A stretch of 64,000 bases of DNA from an uncultured Gammaproteobacteria bacterium (GTDB lineage Bacteria; Patescibacteriota; Microgenomatia; UBA12405; JAHJSD01), in the NCBI GenBank assembly GCA_964498425.1, contig CAZCGQ010000002.1, positions 130,278 to 194,277 of the forward strand, read 5' to 3'. The first letter of the stretch is position 1. Every line of letters starts with the position of its first letter. The notes under the pieces were generated by a model. The model had not been told where the DNA came from and did no database searches. It saw only the letters and a list, made by a program, of their open reading frames with translations. Below are positions 17,352 to 26,914 of the stretch, piece after piece. The position numbers were made by a program, and so were the translations under genes.

Positions 17352-18503
17352 ATGAAGAAGATGGATATCGATCAGATAATTAATTTAATTACCAGAAATT
17401 GTGAGGAGGTAATGACCAAAGATGACCTCCAAAAACTAATTAAATCCGAAACTAAATTAAATCACTACATTGGCTTTGAGATATCCGGCATGGTTCATCT
17501 CGGAACCGGCTTAATGTCAATGGGAAAAATTGCTGACTTTTTGCAAGCGGGAATTAAATGTACTATTTTATTAGCTGATTTTCACTCCTACCTTAATAAC
17601 AAGCTTGGCGGGAACTGGGAAAACATTCGAAAGGCAACCAATGCCTATTTCAAAGAAGGCTTAATTGCCTCTCTTAAATGTTTTGATATTGACGTCGATC
17701 AAATAATCTCTACTGAACAATTACAATTTGTCATGGGAAAAAACTTATACGAAAACAACCTTATCCACTGGGAAACCTTTATGGAAGTTGGCAAACATCT
17801 CACCCTGGCTAGAAACCTCCGATCAATTTCGATTATGGGAAAAAAAGAAGGAGAAAGTGTTGATATGGCAACCCTATTTTATCCCCCCCTGCAAGTAGCC
17901 GATATTTTTACTCTTCAAGCTAATCTTGTTCATGCCGGCATCGATCAACGCAAGGCACACGCTAATGCCCGAGATGTCGCCGACAAAATTACCATCAACC
18001 CTTTAAAAAACGACCAAGGGGAAATCATTTCTCCCGTCGCTGTTCACCACAATACCATTGCTGGATTAGAAGGACCGAAGACAAAAAAAGAAACGGGCGA
18101 AGAGCTGAAAATGAGCAAATCCAAACCGAAATCAGCGATTTTTATTCACGATACCCCGGAGGAAATAAATGAAAAAATTAAATCTGCTTACTGCCCACCG
18201 CAAGAAATTGCCTATAATCCAATCATCAACTGGGTAGAAACCCTAATTTTCTGGGGAGCGGATAGAGTAGAGGAGGGGTTAAAAATTAACCGAGAAGAAA
18301 AGCACGGAGGCAAAATAGAATACCAGGAAATTGATCGGTTAAAGCAAGACTATCAATCCGGTAAATTACACCCACTAGATTTAAAAAATGCTGTAGCCAG
18401 CTGGTTAATTAATAAACTTAAACCGGCAAGAATTCACTTCCAGAAAGGAAAAGCGAAAGAGGGATTGGAGTTAATGAAGGATTTAGTAAACAGTAATAAG
18501 TAA
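17352..18503 (+). CDS. tyrS: Tyrosyl-tRNA synthetase, archaeal/eukaryotic type (class Ic)
   Basis: YIGFEISGMVHLGTGL...ILLADFHSYLN, KMSKS, and C-terminal ELHPLDLKNAVASWLINKLKPAR align closely with M. jannaschii TyrRS (YIGFEPSGKIHLGH...ILLADLHAYLN; ELHPMDLKNAVAEELIKILEPIR). Start at ATG 17352 (MKKMDIDQI). Confidence 0.85.
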   Translation: MKKMDIDQIINLITRNCEEVMTKDDLQKLIKSETKLNHYIGFEISGMVHLGTGLMSMGKIADFLQAGIKCTILLADFHSYLNNKLGGNWENIRKATNAYFKEGLIASLKCFDIDVDQIISTEQLQFVMGKNLYENNLIHWETFMEVGKHLTLARNLRSISIMGKKEGESVDMATLFYPPLQVADIFTLQANLVHAGIDQRKAHANARDVADKITINPLKNDQGEIISPVAVHHNTIAGLEGPKTKKETGEELKMSKSKPKSAIFIHDTPEEINEKIKSAYCPPQEIAYNPIINWVETLIFWGADRVEEGLKINREEKHGGKIEYQEIDRLKQDYQSGKLHPLDLKNAVASWLINKLKPARIHFQKGKAKEGLELMKDLVNSNK

Positions 18504-18524
18504 TTAGTAACTAGGGAAAATACA

Positions 18525-18863
18525 ATGTTAAAAAATATAAAATCAAAGGTTCAAAATTTATCCAAAAAGTTCCTTTACGGTGGGATAATCCTCCTAATTT
18601 GGGAAATAATTTTAATTTTGCAAGGTACTCATTGGACAAATTACTTTCTCCTAATTTCCGGGGCTATTGTTGGTTCATTAATTATGGAAATTGATTGGTT
18701 TTTCCCGAGCCAAGAAATTCGCCGAATTTTACCAGTTATTCTCCTTCCCTTGACAATATTTATTCTTACTTCAACTAGTGGAACTTTAGGGAAATCGATT
18801 ATTGTTTTTGTTAACTTTATTTTAATTATTGATCAACTTAATAAAGATGAAAGTCAAAATTAA
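18525..18863 (+). CDS. Hypothetical small membrane protein (112 aa, ~3 TM)
   Basis: ORF with hydrophobic segments. Confidence 0.4.
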   Translation: MLKNIKSKVQNLSKKFLYGGIILLIWEIILILQGTHWTNYFLLISGAIVGSLIMEIDWFFPSQEIRRILPVILLPLTIFILTSTSGTLGKSIIVFVNFILIIDQLNKDESQN

Positions 18864-19041
18864 TGAGGAAAAATGTATTGGCTGTGGGCTATGCCCAGCC
18901 TTGGCCCCAGAAGTTTTCACTATGAAATACGACCAGGGTAAAGCTGTTGTTGAAAATCAACCTTCAGAATTAACCGATGAAGTTCAATCTGCCGCCGACA
19001 GCTGTCCAGTCAAGGCAATAGAAATTAGCCAAAATGAATAA
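18847..19041 (+). CDS. Ferredoxin (single 4Fe-4S cluster, ~64 aa)
   Basis: Carries CIGCGLCP ... DSCPVKAI, a classic mono-cluster ferredoxin. Start at ATG 18847 (MKVKINEEK). Confidence 0.7.
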   Translation: MKVKINEEKCIGCGLCPALAPEVFTMKYDQGKAVVENQPSELTDEVQSAADSCPVKAIEISQNE

Positions 19042-19825
19042 AAAGTTTCCAATTCCCCTCCCGGTACTAGTTTTAATGATCTCTGCTTCATTTTTGGCCG
19101 GCAGCATTTGGCAAAAATCGCAAGTTAACCCCCAGGTTAACCAAAGTACTCAAAAAGCGTTATCTCAAAATTATCGTTTCCAGCCCAAAAAAACAACAAC
19201 GCCGGAAATAAAGCTTTTTTTTCAATCCTTTAGCCAAGAAGATATTGAACTCCAAACCAATTTAATAACACTTGTAGAGGAATTCGGCCAACAAGTAACC
19301 TGGCAGCCGCATTATTTGTTTTCGGAATCCTCCAACCCTAGTCAAATCAACAACTGTCTTGCCACCGAAACCAACAGTTTTTATTGCTCACCACAAGGTA
19401 AAAACCAACTCAATCAAAATGTTCGCGAAATCTGTGCCTGGCGCTTTGCCAATAATAAGCTTCAGTGGTGGAAATTCGTAAACTCTATTTACCAAAACTG
19501 CACTTTGAGTGAAATCGACACCTGCTGGCAAGAACAAGCTAAGGAAGCAAATCTTCCCAGTAATCAAATTCAAAACTGCTTCAGCACCCAAGCTGTTGAA
19601 ATTATTCAAGAAGAAATCACTGCCTTTAACAATAATTCGATAAACCAAACTCCGGTGATATTAATTAACGATATTCGACTGCCTTTTTCGACACTAACAG
19701 CTAATGCCAAAAATGTAGTTAAAATTGGTAATAACTACTTTAGCGGCGAAGAACTAAACAGTCCGGAATATCTAAGAGCAGCTGTATGTGCGTCCTTCAA
19801 AGATAAGCCAGAATTATGCAAATAA
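19034..19825 (+). CDS. Secreted/membrane-anchored hypothetical protein with a DsbA-like thioredoxin-fold flavour but no canonical CXXC
   Basis: N-terminal TM (FPIPLPVLVLMISASFLAGSIW). A C-terminal TPVILINDIRL segment resembles the DsbA cis-Pro region. There are several Cys but no CXXC. Confidence 0.3.
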   Translation: MNKKFPIPLPVLVLMISASFLAGSIWQKSQVNPQVNQSTQKALSQNYRFQPKKTTTPEIKLFFQSFSQEDIELQTNLITLVEEFGQQVTWQPHYLFSESSNPSQINNCLATETNSFYCSPQGKNQLNQNVREICAWRFANNKLQWWKFVNSIYQNCTLSEIDTCWQEQAKEANLPSNQIQNCFSTQAVEIIQEEITAFNNNSINQTPVILINDIRLPFSTLTANAKNVVKIGNNYFSGEELNSPEYLRAAVCASFKDKPELCK

Positions 19826-19842
19826 TCGGTTCTTTTGTTTCC

Positions 19843-19871
19843 TTGAATACCTTATTTAAATAGACTATAAT
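19843..19871 (+). promoter_or_regulatory. Sigma-70-like promoter TTGAAT-17 bp-TATAAT upstream of gyrB
   Basis: TTGAAT at 19843-19848, a 17-nt spacer, then a perfect TATAAT at 19866-19871. Confidence 0.5.
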
Positions 19872-19913
19872 GTACTTAGTAAAAATGAGCTAACCTGCTT
19901 ATTATCACTGCAG

Positions 19914-19940
19914 GAATTCTGCTGAGCAGAATTTTTTTTT
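19914..19940 (+). terminator. Intrinsic terminator-like hairpin + T9 run between the promoter and the gyrB start
   Basis: GAATTCTG (19914-19921), loop, CAGAATT (19927-19933), followed by a T-run of 7-9 (19932-19940). Confidence 0.55.
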
Positions 19941-19959
19941 GCTCCTAAAAATTAAGAAT

Positions 19960-21927
19960 ATGGTAAAAAAGAAGAGTAAATCGAATAATATTGAAAAATA
20001 TACTGGAGATCAAATTGTCGTCCTGGAAGGACTAGCTCCGGTCAGGAAGCGACCGGCAATGTACATCGGGTCGACTAATGCCTCCGGCTTACATCACTGT
20101 GTCTATGAAATCGTTGATAACGCCATCGATGAAGCCTTAGCCGGGGCAGCAGAAAATGTTTGGGTTATTCTTAACGAAGACCAATCAATAACCGTCATCG
20201 ACGACGGCCGTGGAATTCCAGTAGAAGAACACCCCAAATACAAAAAGTCAACCTTAGAAATAGTTATGACCAAACTCCACGCTGGAGGTAAATTTGAAGG
20301 TGAAGCTTATAAAATTTCTGGTGGTCTTCATGGAGTTGGGTCTAGTGTCGTTAATGCTTTATCAACTTCAATGCAAGTTGAAGTTCATCGAGATAACAAA
20401 ATTTACTATCAAGCTTATAAGCAGGGAAATCCAAAGGCAAATGTAAAAGAAATTAAAGAAACCAATTTTCCAGAATCGAAAAAGCTTCTTAGCAAAGGCC
20501 AAACTGGAACAATCGTCAATTTCAAGCCTGATCCGACTATATTCAAAGAAACAACTGAATTTTCTCCAAAAACAATTAAAAATTCGCTAAGGGACAGGGC
20601 CTTTCTTATTTCTGGTTTATTCTTCCACTTTTATAATGAAATAAAGAAAGACGAATATCATTTTTATTTTGAAGGGGGAATTAGGTCATTACTTGATCAA
20701 ATCAACCGAGGTAAAGATATTATTCATGAACCAATTTATATTCAAGGCGAACAGGATGATAAGGAATTAGAAATTGCTATTCAATATACAGACAGCTCAA
20801 GGACAAATATAACTTCATTCGTTAACGTCATTAACACTCAAGACGGCGGTACTCACGAGTCCGGCTTTAAAAGTGCCCTGACGAGAGCAATTAAAAAATA
20901 TGCTGAGAAAAACGACCTACTCAAGAAAATTAAAAATGGAACAATTCGCGGTAAAGACACCCGAGAGGGATTAACTGCGGTAATTTCAGTAAAAATGCCT
21001 TCCAAAGATCTCCAATTTGAAGGTCAAACCAAAGGTAAGTTAGGTAATAGTGAAGTTAGGCCGTTTGTAGCTAAAGTTGCCCGCGAAGGGTTAGAAACCT
21101 ATTTTGAAGAACATCCCGGTCAAACCGGAACAATTTTAGAAAAAATTATGTTAACAGTTAGAGCAAGAAAAGCAGCTAAAGCTGCCCGCGACGCGATTTC
21201 TAGAAAAGGCATTTTTGATTCTCTAGGATTGCCAGGAAAACTAGCCGACTGCCAATCAAAAAACCCGAAAAAATCAGAACTATTTATTGTTGAGGGAGAC
21301 TCAGCTGGAGGTTCAGCCAAACAAGGTAGAGACCGAAAATTCCAGGCAATCTTACCATTAAGGGGTAAGGTTCTTAATACTGAAAAAGCACCTTTAGACA
21401 AAATTGTTGAATTTCCAGAACTAAAGGATCTAATCGTTGCCCTTGGCGTTGGCATTGGTGAAGAGGTAGATATGGAGAAACTTCGATATCACCGAATAAT
21501 TATTATGACTGACGCGGATGTTGACGGAGCTCACATTGCCACCTTACTCTTAACCTTCTTTTTTAGGTACCTACCGGAAACAATAAACCAAGGTAATCTC
21601 TATATCGCCCAACCGCCTTTGTTTAAAGTTAAAGCCGGCAAAAATTCTCAATATGCTTATTCCGAAAAGGAAAAAGATAAACTTTTGGCTAAGTTTGGTA
21701 AAGACTACAAAAATATATCCATTCAACGTTATAAGGGGCTTGGAGAAATGAATCCTGATCAGCTTTGGAATACAACAATGAACCCTGAAAACAGGATTTT
21801 AAAATTAGTAACCATAAATGACGCTGAACAAGCAGACGAAACTTTTTCAATCCTAATGGGTAAAAAGGTCCCACCGAGAAGACACTTTATTCAAACACAT
21901 GCTAAAATGGCAACCTTAGATATATGA
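19960..21927 (+). CDS. gyrB: DNA gyrase subunit B
   Basis: Carries VLEGLAPVRKRPAMYIGST, GHK ATPase motifs, a Toprim domain (EGDSAGGSAK, DADVDGAHI) and the GyrB tail. ATG 19960 is preferred over the TTG 19939 that lies inside the T-run. Confidence 0.9.
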   Translation: MVKKKSKSNNIEKYTGDQIVVLEGLAPVRKRPAMYIGSTNASGLHHCVYEIVDNAIDEALAGAAENVWVILNEDQSITVIDDGRGIPVEEHPKYKKSTLEIVMTKLHAGGKFEGEAYKISGGLHGVGSSVVNALSTSMQVEVHRDNKIYYQAYKQGNPKANVKEIKETNFPESKKLLSKGQTGTIVNFKPDPTIFKETTEFSPKTIKNSLRDRAFLISGLFFHFYNEIKKDEYHFYFEGGIRSLLDQINRGKDIIHEPIYIQGEQDDKELEIAIQYTDSSRTNITSFVNVINTQDGGTHESGFKSALTRAIKKYAEKNDLLKKIKNGTIRGKDTREGLTAVISVKMPSKDLQFEGQTKGKLGNSEVRPFVAKVAREGLETYFEEHPGQTGTILEKIMLTVRARKAAKAARDAISRKGIFDSLGLPGKLADCQSKNPKKSELFIVEGDSAGGSAKQGRDRKFQAILPLRGKVLNTEKAPLDKIVEFPELKDLIVALGVGIGEEVDMEKLRYHRIIIMTDADVDGAHIATLLLTFFFRYLPETINQGNLYIAQPPLFKVKAGKNSQYAYSEKEKDKLLAKFGKDYKNISIQRYKGLGEMNPDQLWNTTMNPENRILKLVTINDAEQADETFSILMGKKVPPRRHFIQTHAKMATLDI

Positions 21928-22448
21928 CAGAAAAAATTCCCTCTGGACCAAATTCACCAAAAATTGTTTTTTGCCGGGTAGAAATCCCGAAAGGCGGAAC
22001 AAATAAATATGAATTTCACCACACCATGAACCAATTAATTTTAGACCGAGTTCTACCTGGTTCAGTTTTTTATCCAACAGAATATGGCTACATTCCTTCA
22101 ACCCTAGCCGAAGACAACGACCCATTAGATATTATGGTTATGGTTTCCTCTCCAACCATTCCTGGCTGCTTAATTCGATCTAGAGTAATCGGCGGTTTAG
22201 AAATCGTTGACACCGGCGAACGAGACACAAAAATTATCGCCGTTGGAAAAAACGACCCGAGAATGAACCACTATCAAGCCTTGGATGATCTCAGCCCGGC
22301 TGTCAAAGAAGAAATTGCAGATTTTTGGGAAAGCTACGCTAATCTTGAATCTACTAAAGAAATTAGGGTAGGGAAGTGGTTAAACAAAAAACAAGCCTAT
22401 CAAGTAATTAAAGAAAGCGAACAAAGATGGCAAAAAACAAAAAAGTAA
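21924..22448 (+). CDS. ppa: Inorganic pyrophosphatase (family I)
   Basis: 174 aa with [17 protein letters not shown] and DPLDIMVM motifs. Confidence 0.85.
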   Translation: MTEKIPSGPNSPKIVFCRVEIPKGGTNKYEFHHTMNQLILDRVLPGSVFYPTEYGYIPSTLAEDNDPLDIMVMVSSPTIPGCLIRSRVIGGLEIVDTGERDTKIIAVGKNDPRMNHYQALDDLSPAVKEEIADFWESYANLESTKEIRVGKWLNKKQAYQVIKESEQRWQKTKK

Positions 22449-25063
22449 CCCCAAGAGCGGATGAAATCAAACCGGTAACCATAACTCAGGAAATGCGCCA
22501 GGCATACCTAGACTATGCCATGAGCGTGATTGTTTCCCGGGCCTTACCGGATGTCAAAGACGGCTTAAAACCAGTCCAGCGAAGAATTCTTTACGCCATG
22601 CATCAAATGAACCTAACCAGCGGTAGAAGCCACAGTAAATCTGCCAAAATTGTTGGTGAGGTTTTAGGAAAATATCATCCCCATGGAGACAGTTCCAGCT
22701 ACGGGGCCTTAGTTCACATGGCCCAGGATTTTTCAATGCGCTACTGCCTAGTCAACGGCCAAGGTAACTTTGGCTCAGTTGACGGCGACCCGCCAGCAGC
22801 AATGCGTTACACCGAAGCTAAAATGGCTAAAATTGCTCAAGAAATGCTTAAAGATATCAGCAAGGAAACTGTTGACTTTGCCGATAACTTTGATCGAACC
22901 TTAAAAGAACCAATGGTTCTACCGACTAGAATTCCCAATCTTCTTCTCAACGGGGGTGACGGAATTGCTGTTGGTATGGCAACCAAAATTCCCCCCCACA
23001 ACCTAACCGAAGTAATTGACGCCTTAATCTTTATGATTGAACAGGGTAAACTTGAACAAAAAGAAGTAGAAGAAGAAATTGAGTTCAAAAAGCTGGCTGA
23101 CAAAACAAAAAAAACTGCTGAAAACGTCATCATGGAAGAAGTCAATAAACTTAAAGCCTGGCAGTTCGAATTTGAATCTAAGTGTTCAAGTACAAACCTC
23201 TTGGAATTCATCAAGGGCCCGGACTTCCCAACAGCCGGAGAAATCTACGACAACGAAGCAATCGTCAAAACCTATACTACCGGAAAAGGAAGTATTCCAA
23301 TGCGGGGTAAGGCTAAAATTGAAGAAGCGAACATGGGCAAACATAATATTATCATTAACGAATTACCATATCAGGTAAATAAAGCCAATTTGGTTGCCAA
23401 AATTGCAAAATTAGCTAGAGATGAAAAAATTACTGGAATTTCAGACCTCAGGGATGAATCCGATCGACATGGAATCAGAATCGTCGTTGAGTTGAAAAGA
23501 ACCTCTCGGCCAAATTCAATCCTTAACAAACTCTATAAATATACCTATCTTCAGAAAAATTATCCGGCTAACATTGTTGCCTTAGTTGACGGTGTACCGC
23601 AAACCTTAAACTTACGACAAATTCTGCTTCTTTTCATCCGGCACCGGCATGAAGTTGTTAGCCGAAGAACTCTCTACGAATTCCGTGAAGCTAAATTCAG
23701 AGCCCACATCTTGGAGGGTCTTAAAATTGCTCTTGATAACTTAGACGAAGTAATTGAAACAATCAAAAAGTCGAAAGATGCCAATGTTGCTAAAGATAAC
23801 TTGATGGAAAAATTTAACCTAACTGATATTCAAGCTCAAGCAATTTTGGATATGCAGTTAAAAAGGCTGGCCGCGTTAGAACGGCAAAAAATTGAAGCAG
23901 AATATAAGGAAATAATGGAAAAAATAGATGAACTAAAAGCATTGCTTACCAAACCTAAAGTAATGATAAAAGCAATCAAGTCCGAGCTGACTGAAATAAA
24001 GGAGAAATACGGCGATGAAAGAAAAACTAAAGTTTACAAGCGTAAAATTGGGGAACTTTCTGAAGAAGACTTAGTTGCCAAAGAAGAAGTTATCGTAACC
24101 ATCACTAAAACCGGCTATATTAAGCGGGTTGGACGAGGAACTTACCGCAGTCAACGCCGCGGCGGCAAAGGCGTTCAGGGAATGACAACGAAGGAAGAAG
24201 ATATAATTAAAAGTCTTTTCTCCTGCACAACTCATGACATTATCTATTTCTTCACCGATCAGGGTAAAGTTTATGAAAAGCGGGTCTGGGAAATTCCAGA
24301 AGGTTCCAAAAAAGCAAAAGGTCAGGCGATCATTAATCTCATTGACATTGAGCAAGGCGAAGAAGTTCAAGCCTTCTTAAAACGATCAGCTAAAAAAAGC
24401 GATCAAGAAAAATATGTCTTTCTAGCAACTGCCCAAGGTCAAGTTAAACGAACAAGACTTGAGGATTTTGACAACATCAGAAAAACTGGAATAATTGCAA
24501 TTGGACTAAAAGACAATGATGAACTAGTTGACGCCAAATTAACAAACGGTAAGAAAAACGCTTTCTTGGTCACTAAAAAAGGAAAAAGCATCCGGTTTAA
24601 AGAATCTGATGTCCGAGCAATGGGCAGAACTGCCCAAGGAGTTAAAGGTATTGACCTTAAAAAAGGTGATCAGGTTATTTCACTTGACATTATCCCGGAA
24701 AAGAAACCTGTGCCTGAAGACAAACGCCGTAAACTTTTCCGTCACCTTCTAGTAGTCACTGAAAGAGGTTTAGGCAAAAGAACTAACGCCTTTAAATATC
24801 CACTCCAAAAAAGAGCTGGCGTTGGAGTTAAAGTTGCCAATATTAACAAAAAAACTGGAGATGTCGCCGCCGCTCAAATAGTTGATCAAGATACCGAAAA
24901 AATTGTTCTAACATCCAAAAAAGGAAAGGTTATTAAGCTCCCGGTTAAAAACATCCCTGTTCTTGGTCGAACTACGCAAGGAGTTATCCTGATGCGCTTT
25001 AAATTAAAATCGGAAGCAGTATCGGCTATGGCTTGTCTTCAAGAAACTAACGGCGACAACTAA
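22427..25063 (+). CDS. gyrA: DNA gyrase subunit A
   Basis: 878 aa carrying the catalytic Tyr region [10 protein letters not shown] and the QRD region [18 protein letters not shown]-terminal beta-pinwheel repeats are present. Confidence 0.9.
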   Translation: MAKNKKVTPRADEIKPVTITQEMRQAYLDYAMSVIVSRALPDVKDGLKPVQRRILYAMHQMNLTSGRSHSKSAKIVGEVLGKYHPHGDSSSYGALVHMAQDFSMRYCLVNGQGNFGSVDGDPPAAMRYTEAKMAKIAQEMLKDISKETVDFADNFDRTLKEPMVLPTRIPNLLLNGGDGIAVGMATKIPPHNLTEVIDALIFMIEQGKLEQKEVEEEIEFKKLADKTKKTAENVIMEEVNKLKAWQFEFESKCSSTNLLEFIKGPDFPTAGEIYDNEAIVKTYTTGKGSIPMRGKAKIEEANMGKHNIIINELPYQVNKANLVAKIAKLARDEKITGISDLRDESDRHGIRIVVELKRTSRPNSILNKLYKYTYLQKNYPANIVALVDGVPQTLNLRQILLLFIRHRHEVVSRRTLYEFREAKFRAHILEGLKIALDNLDEVIETIKKSKDANVAKDNLMEKFNLTDIQAQAILDMQLKRLAALERQKIEAEYKEIMEKIDELKALLTKPKVMIKAIKSELTEIKEKYGDERKTKVYKRKIGELSEEDLVAKEEVIVTITKTGYIKRVGRGTYRSQRRGGKGVQGMTTKEEDIIKSLFSCTTHDIIYFFTDQGKVYEKRVWEIPEGSKKAKGQAIINLIDIEQGEEVQAFLKRSAKKSDQEKYVFLATAQGQVKRTRLEDFDNIRKTGIIAIGLKDNDELVDAKLTNGKKNAFLVTKKGKSIRFKESDVRAMGRTAQGVKGIDLKKGDQVISLDIIPEKKPVPEDKRRKLFRHLLVVTERGLGKRTNAFKYPLQKRAGVGVKVANINKKTGDVAAAQIVDQDTEKIVLTSKKGKVIKLPVKNIPVLGRTTQGVILMRFKLKSEAVSAMACLQETNGDN

Positions 25064-26010
25064 TCATTGCCAGAGTGAAACCTTTTATGGGTTTGATGAA
25101 GCTGTCTATCCGTAACGTGAGTATATATCTGAGTAGTAGCAATATTTTTATGGCCGAGAAGCTCCTGAACCGATCGTAAATCCGCTCCTTGACGTAATAA
25201 GTCCGTTGCAAACGAATGCCTTAAAACATGGGGCGTAACCTTTACCGGAAGTTTAGCTTTCTTCCGATACTTTTCAACCAATCTCTGAACTGACCGTGCC
25301 GATAACCGAACATCCTCATCATCCATTGAAGGGTCTTTTTTTCCTGAATAACGAATAAACAACGGATCATAATGATCATCGCGAGCGACCAAATAACGAT
25401 CCAACCATTCCACCGCCCGGTCAGACAAAAAAACCACCCTTGCCTTCTGCCCCTTACCAATAACACCAACCTCTTGAGTTTTTAAGTTTATTTCATCCCG
25501 ATTTAAACCGACTAATTCGCTTACCCGTAATCCGGTTGAAAATAAAGTTTCCAAAATAGCCTTATCACGCAAACCAATTTTTGTCGATATTTTCGGCTGA
25601 TTTAGAAACTTTTTTAATTGGTCAATACTCAAAAACTTGACCTGCCTATCCTCAGTTTTCGGCAAATCAATTTTATCTGGAGCAACTACATTATAGTTAT
25701 TCTTGATTAACCAACTCAAAAAAGACCGCAAGGCAATAATATGATAACCTTGAGTTTTCTTCTTTAAAAATGTATCTCGGCGAGTTTTAATTCTTGCCAA
25801 ATAAATCCGGAATTTCCGAATATTCTCCAGATTCAAATCGGCGAGAGTAGGGGAGTAGTCTTCCCTATCTTTTCGAAGAAATTGATTAAAACGTTTCAAA
25901 TAATGCCGATAATTACGAATAGTTAGGGGAGAGCAATTTTTTTCGATTTCCAAAGCATCCAAAAATTTGTTAACCATCGTCCATAGGTTAGATTTATTAC
26001 CTTTAGCCAT
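25060..26010 (-). CDS. Tyrosine recombinase, XerC/XerD family
   Basis: 316 aa with an N-terminal core-binding domain. The catalytic residues are R...[12 protein letters not shown]...LLGH...Y (IYTHV). It converges on gyrA with overlapping stops. Confidence 0.85.
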   Translation of the reverse strand: MAKGNKSNLWTMVNKFLDALEIEKNCSPLTIRNYRHYLKRFNQFLRKDREDYSPTLADLNLENIRKFRIYLARIKTRRDTFLKKKTQGYHIIALRSFLSWLIKNNYNVVAPDKIDLPKTEDRQVKFLSIDQLKKFLNQPKISTKIGLRDKAILETLFSTGLRVSELVGLNRDEINLKTQEVGVIGKGQKARVVFLSDRAVEWLDRYLVARDDHYDPLFIRYSGKKDPSMDDEDVRLSARSVQRLVEKYRKKAKLPVKVTPHVLRHSFATDLLRQGADLRSVQELLGHKNIATTQIYTHVTDRQLHQTHKRFHSGND

Positions 26011-26914
26011 TACAATTACAAGCTATCACACTTGATTAATCATGTCAAGATTGTGCGACGTTTATAAAAACATATGATCCATACCAGTAAAAAAAATATT
26101 GTTTTTAATAAAAAATAATCTGACTAAATACCTTTTTAAATTATATGCTAATTAAAAATAATTATCACTGATATTCTCCTATCTGTAGGCATTAAGTTGC
26201 TAGAGGCATTCTAAGGCATTTTTATAAAGTAGGCCCTATATTGGGTCATCACTTCTAAGAAGGTTATAAAATTTTTGGATATTTTTTAGCACAGAGTAGT
26301 GGTTGATGAGCTAGATATAAATAAGTGAAATAAGTCTCTGATAAAGAAATAGATAAAACAAAAGTTATTAGCCGGAAGGTAGAAGTTTAATTAAATCAAA
26401 TTCAATTTAAACTTTAAATTTTTAACTTTTAATCTTTAACTCCTCTTCACTCTTCCACTTTTTATCGCGTCGCAAAAGAAATATTGTGCGACATTATACC
26501 GACCGCGTTTCTCTGATAAAAGTCACTATCATAAATTATATTAAGTAACTTTAGTAATCTCTTAATGCAAGGGAAGCCAAACTAAACCTAAAATAATACC
26601 TTTTAACATGTCTTATCAACTTAAATATGATAATAAACTAGTTTTAAACCTGTTTTAGGCCTGAAAAATTCAAGTAGAAGTAATTGAAATAAGAAGGGCA
26701 AGTTTTCCACAACTATCATGAATTTTCGCGTATTTACCTGAAAAATATACTTAGTTATATTTAACTAGCAATCCAAAAAATAAATTGCTAATTGTGAAAA
26801 TAGTCCTATAATTTTCACGAAGCGGATATGTATACTATAGGATATTCGTAAATATTATTATAGGGTTGTAGTGCTCCCCTCTTCTCTACTCGGCCATACT
26901 TATAAAAAATTTTG
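26011..26914. other. 904-bp AT-rich gene-free region (no ORF of 60 aa or more on either strand). It holds a dif-like inverted repeat and DnaA-box-like words at the strand-bias switch. It is a candidate replication terminus; an origin is the alternative.
   Basis: Genes to the left are mostly on the + strand and genes to the right are all on the - strand. The composition is AT-rich and low-complexity. Confidence 0.5.
26467..26494. promoter_or_regulatory. Candidate dif-like Xer recombination site (two ~9-11 bp inverted arms around a 6-bp spacer)
   Basis: GTCGCAAAA - GAAATA - TTGTGCGAC. The arms are 8/9 complementary. The site lies 457 bp from the Xer gene start. Confidence 0.3.

Noticed and set aside
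19939-19959. TTG start at 19939 for gyrB, as in the supplied ORF track
   Set aside because: The TTG lies inside the terminator T-run. ATG 19960 gives the conserved GyrB N-terminus length.
21120-24370. Minus-strand ORFs of 60-125 aa within gyrB/gyrA (e.g. 21120-21455, 22837-23214, 24071-24370)
   Set aside because: These are antisense to highly conserved gyrase coding sequence, so they are spurious.
26011-26914. Calling the AT-rich desert an oriC outright
   Set aside because: Only weak DnaA-box-like words are present, and dnaA is absent from the window. Flanking genes are transcribed toward the region, not away from it. That fits a terminus better. It is kept as an alternative in the finding.
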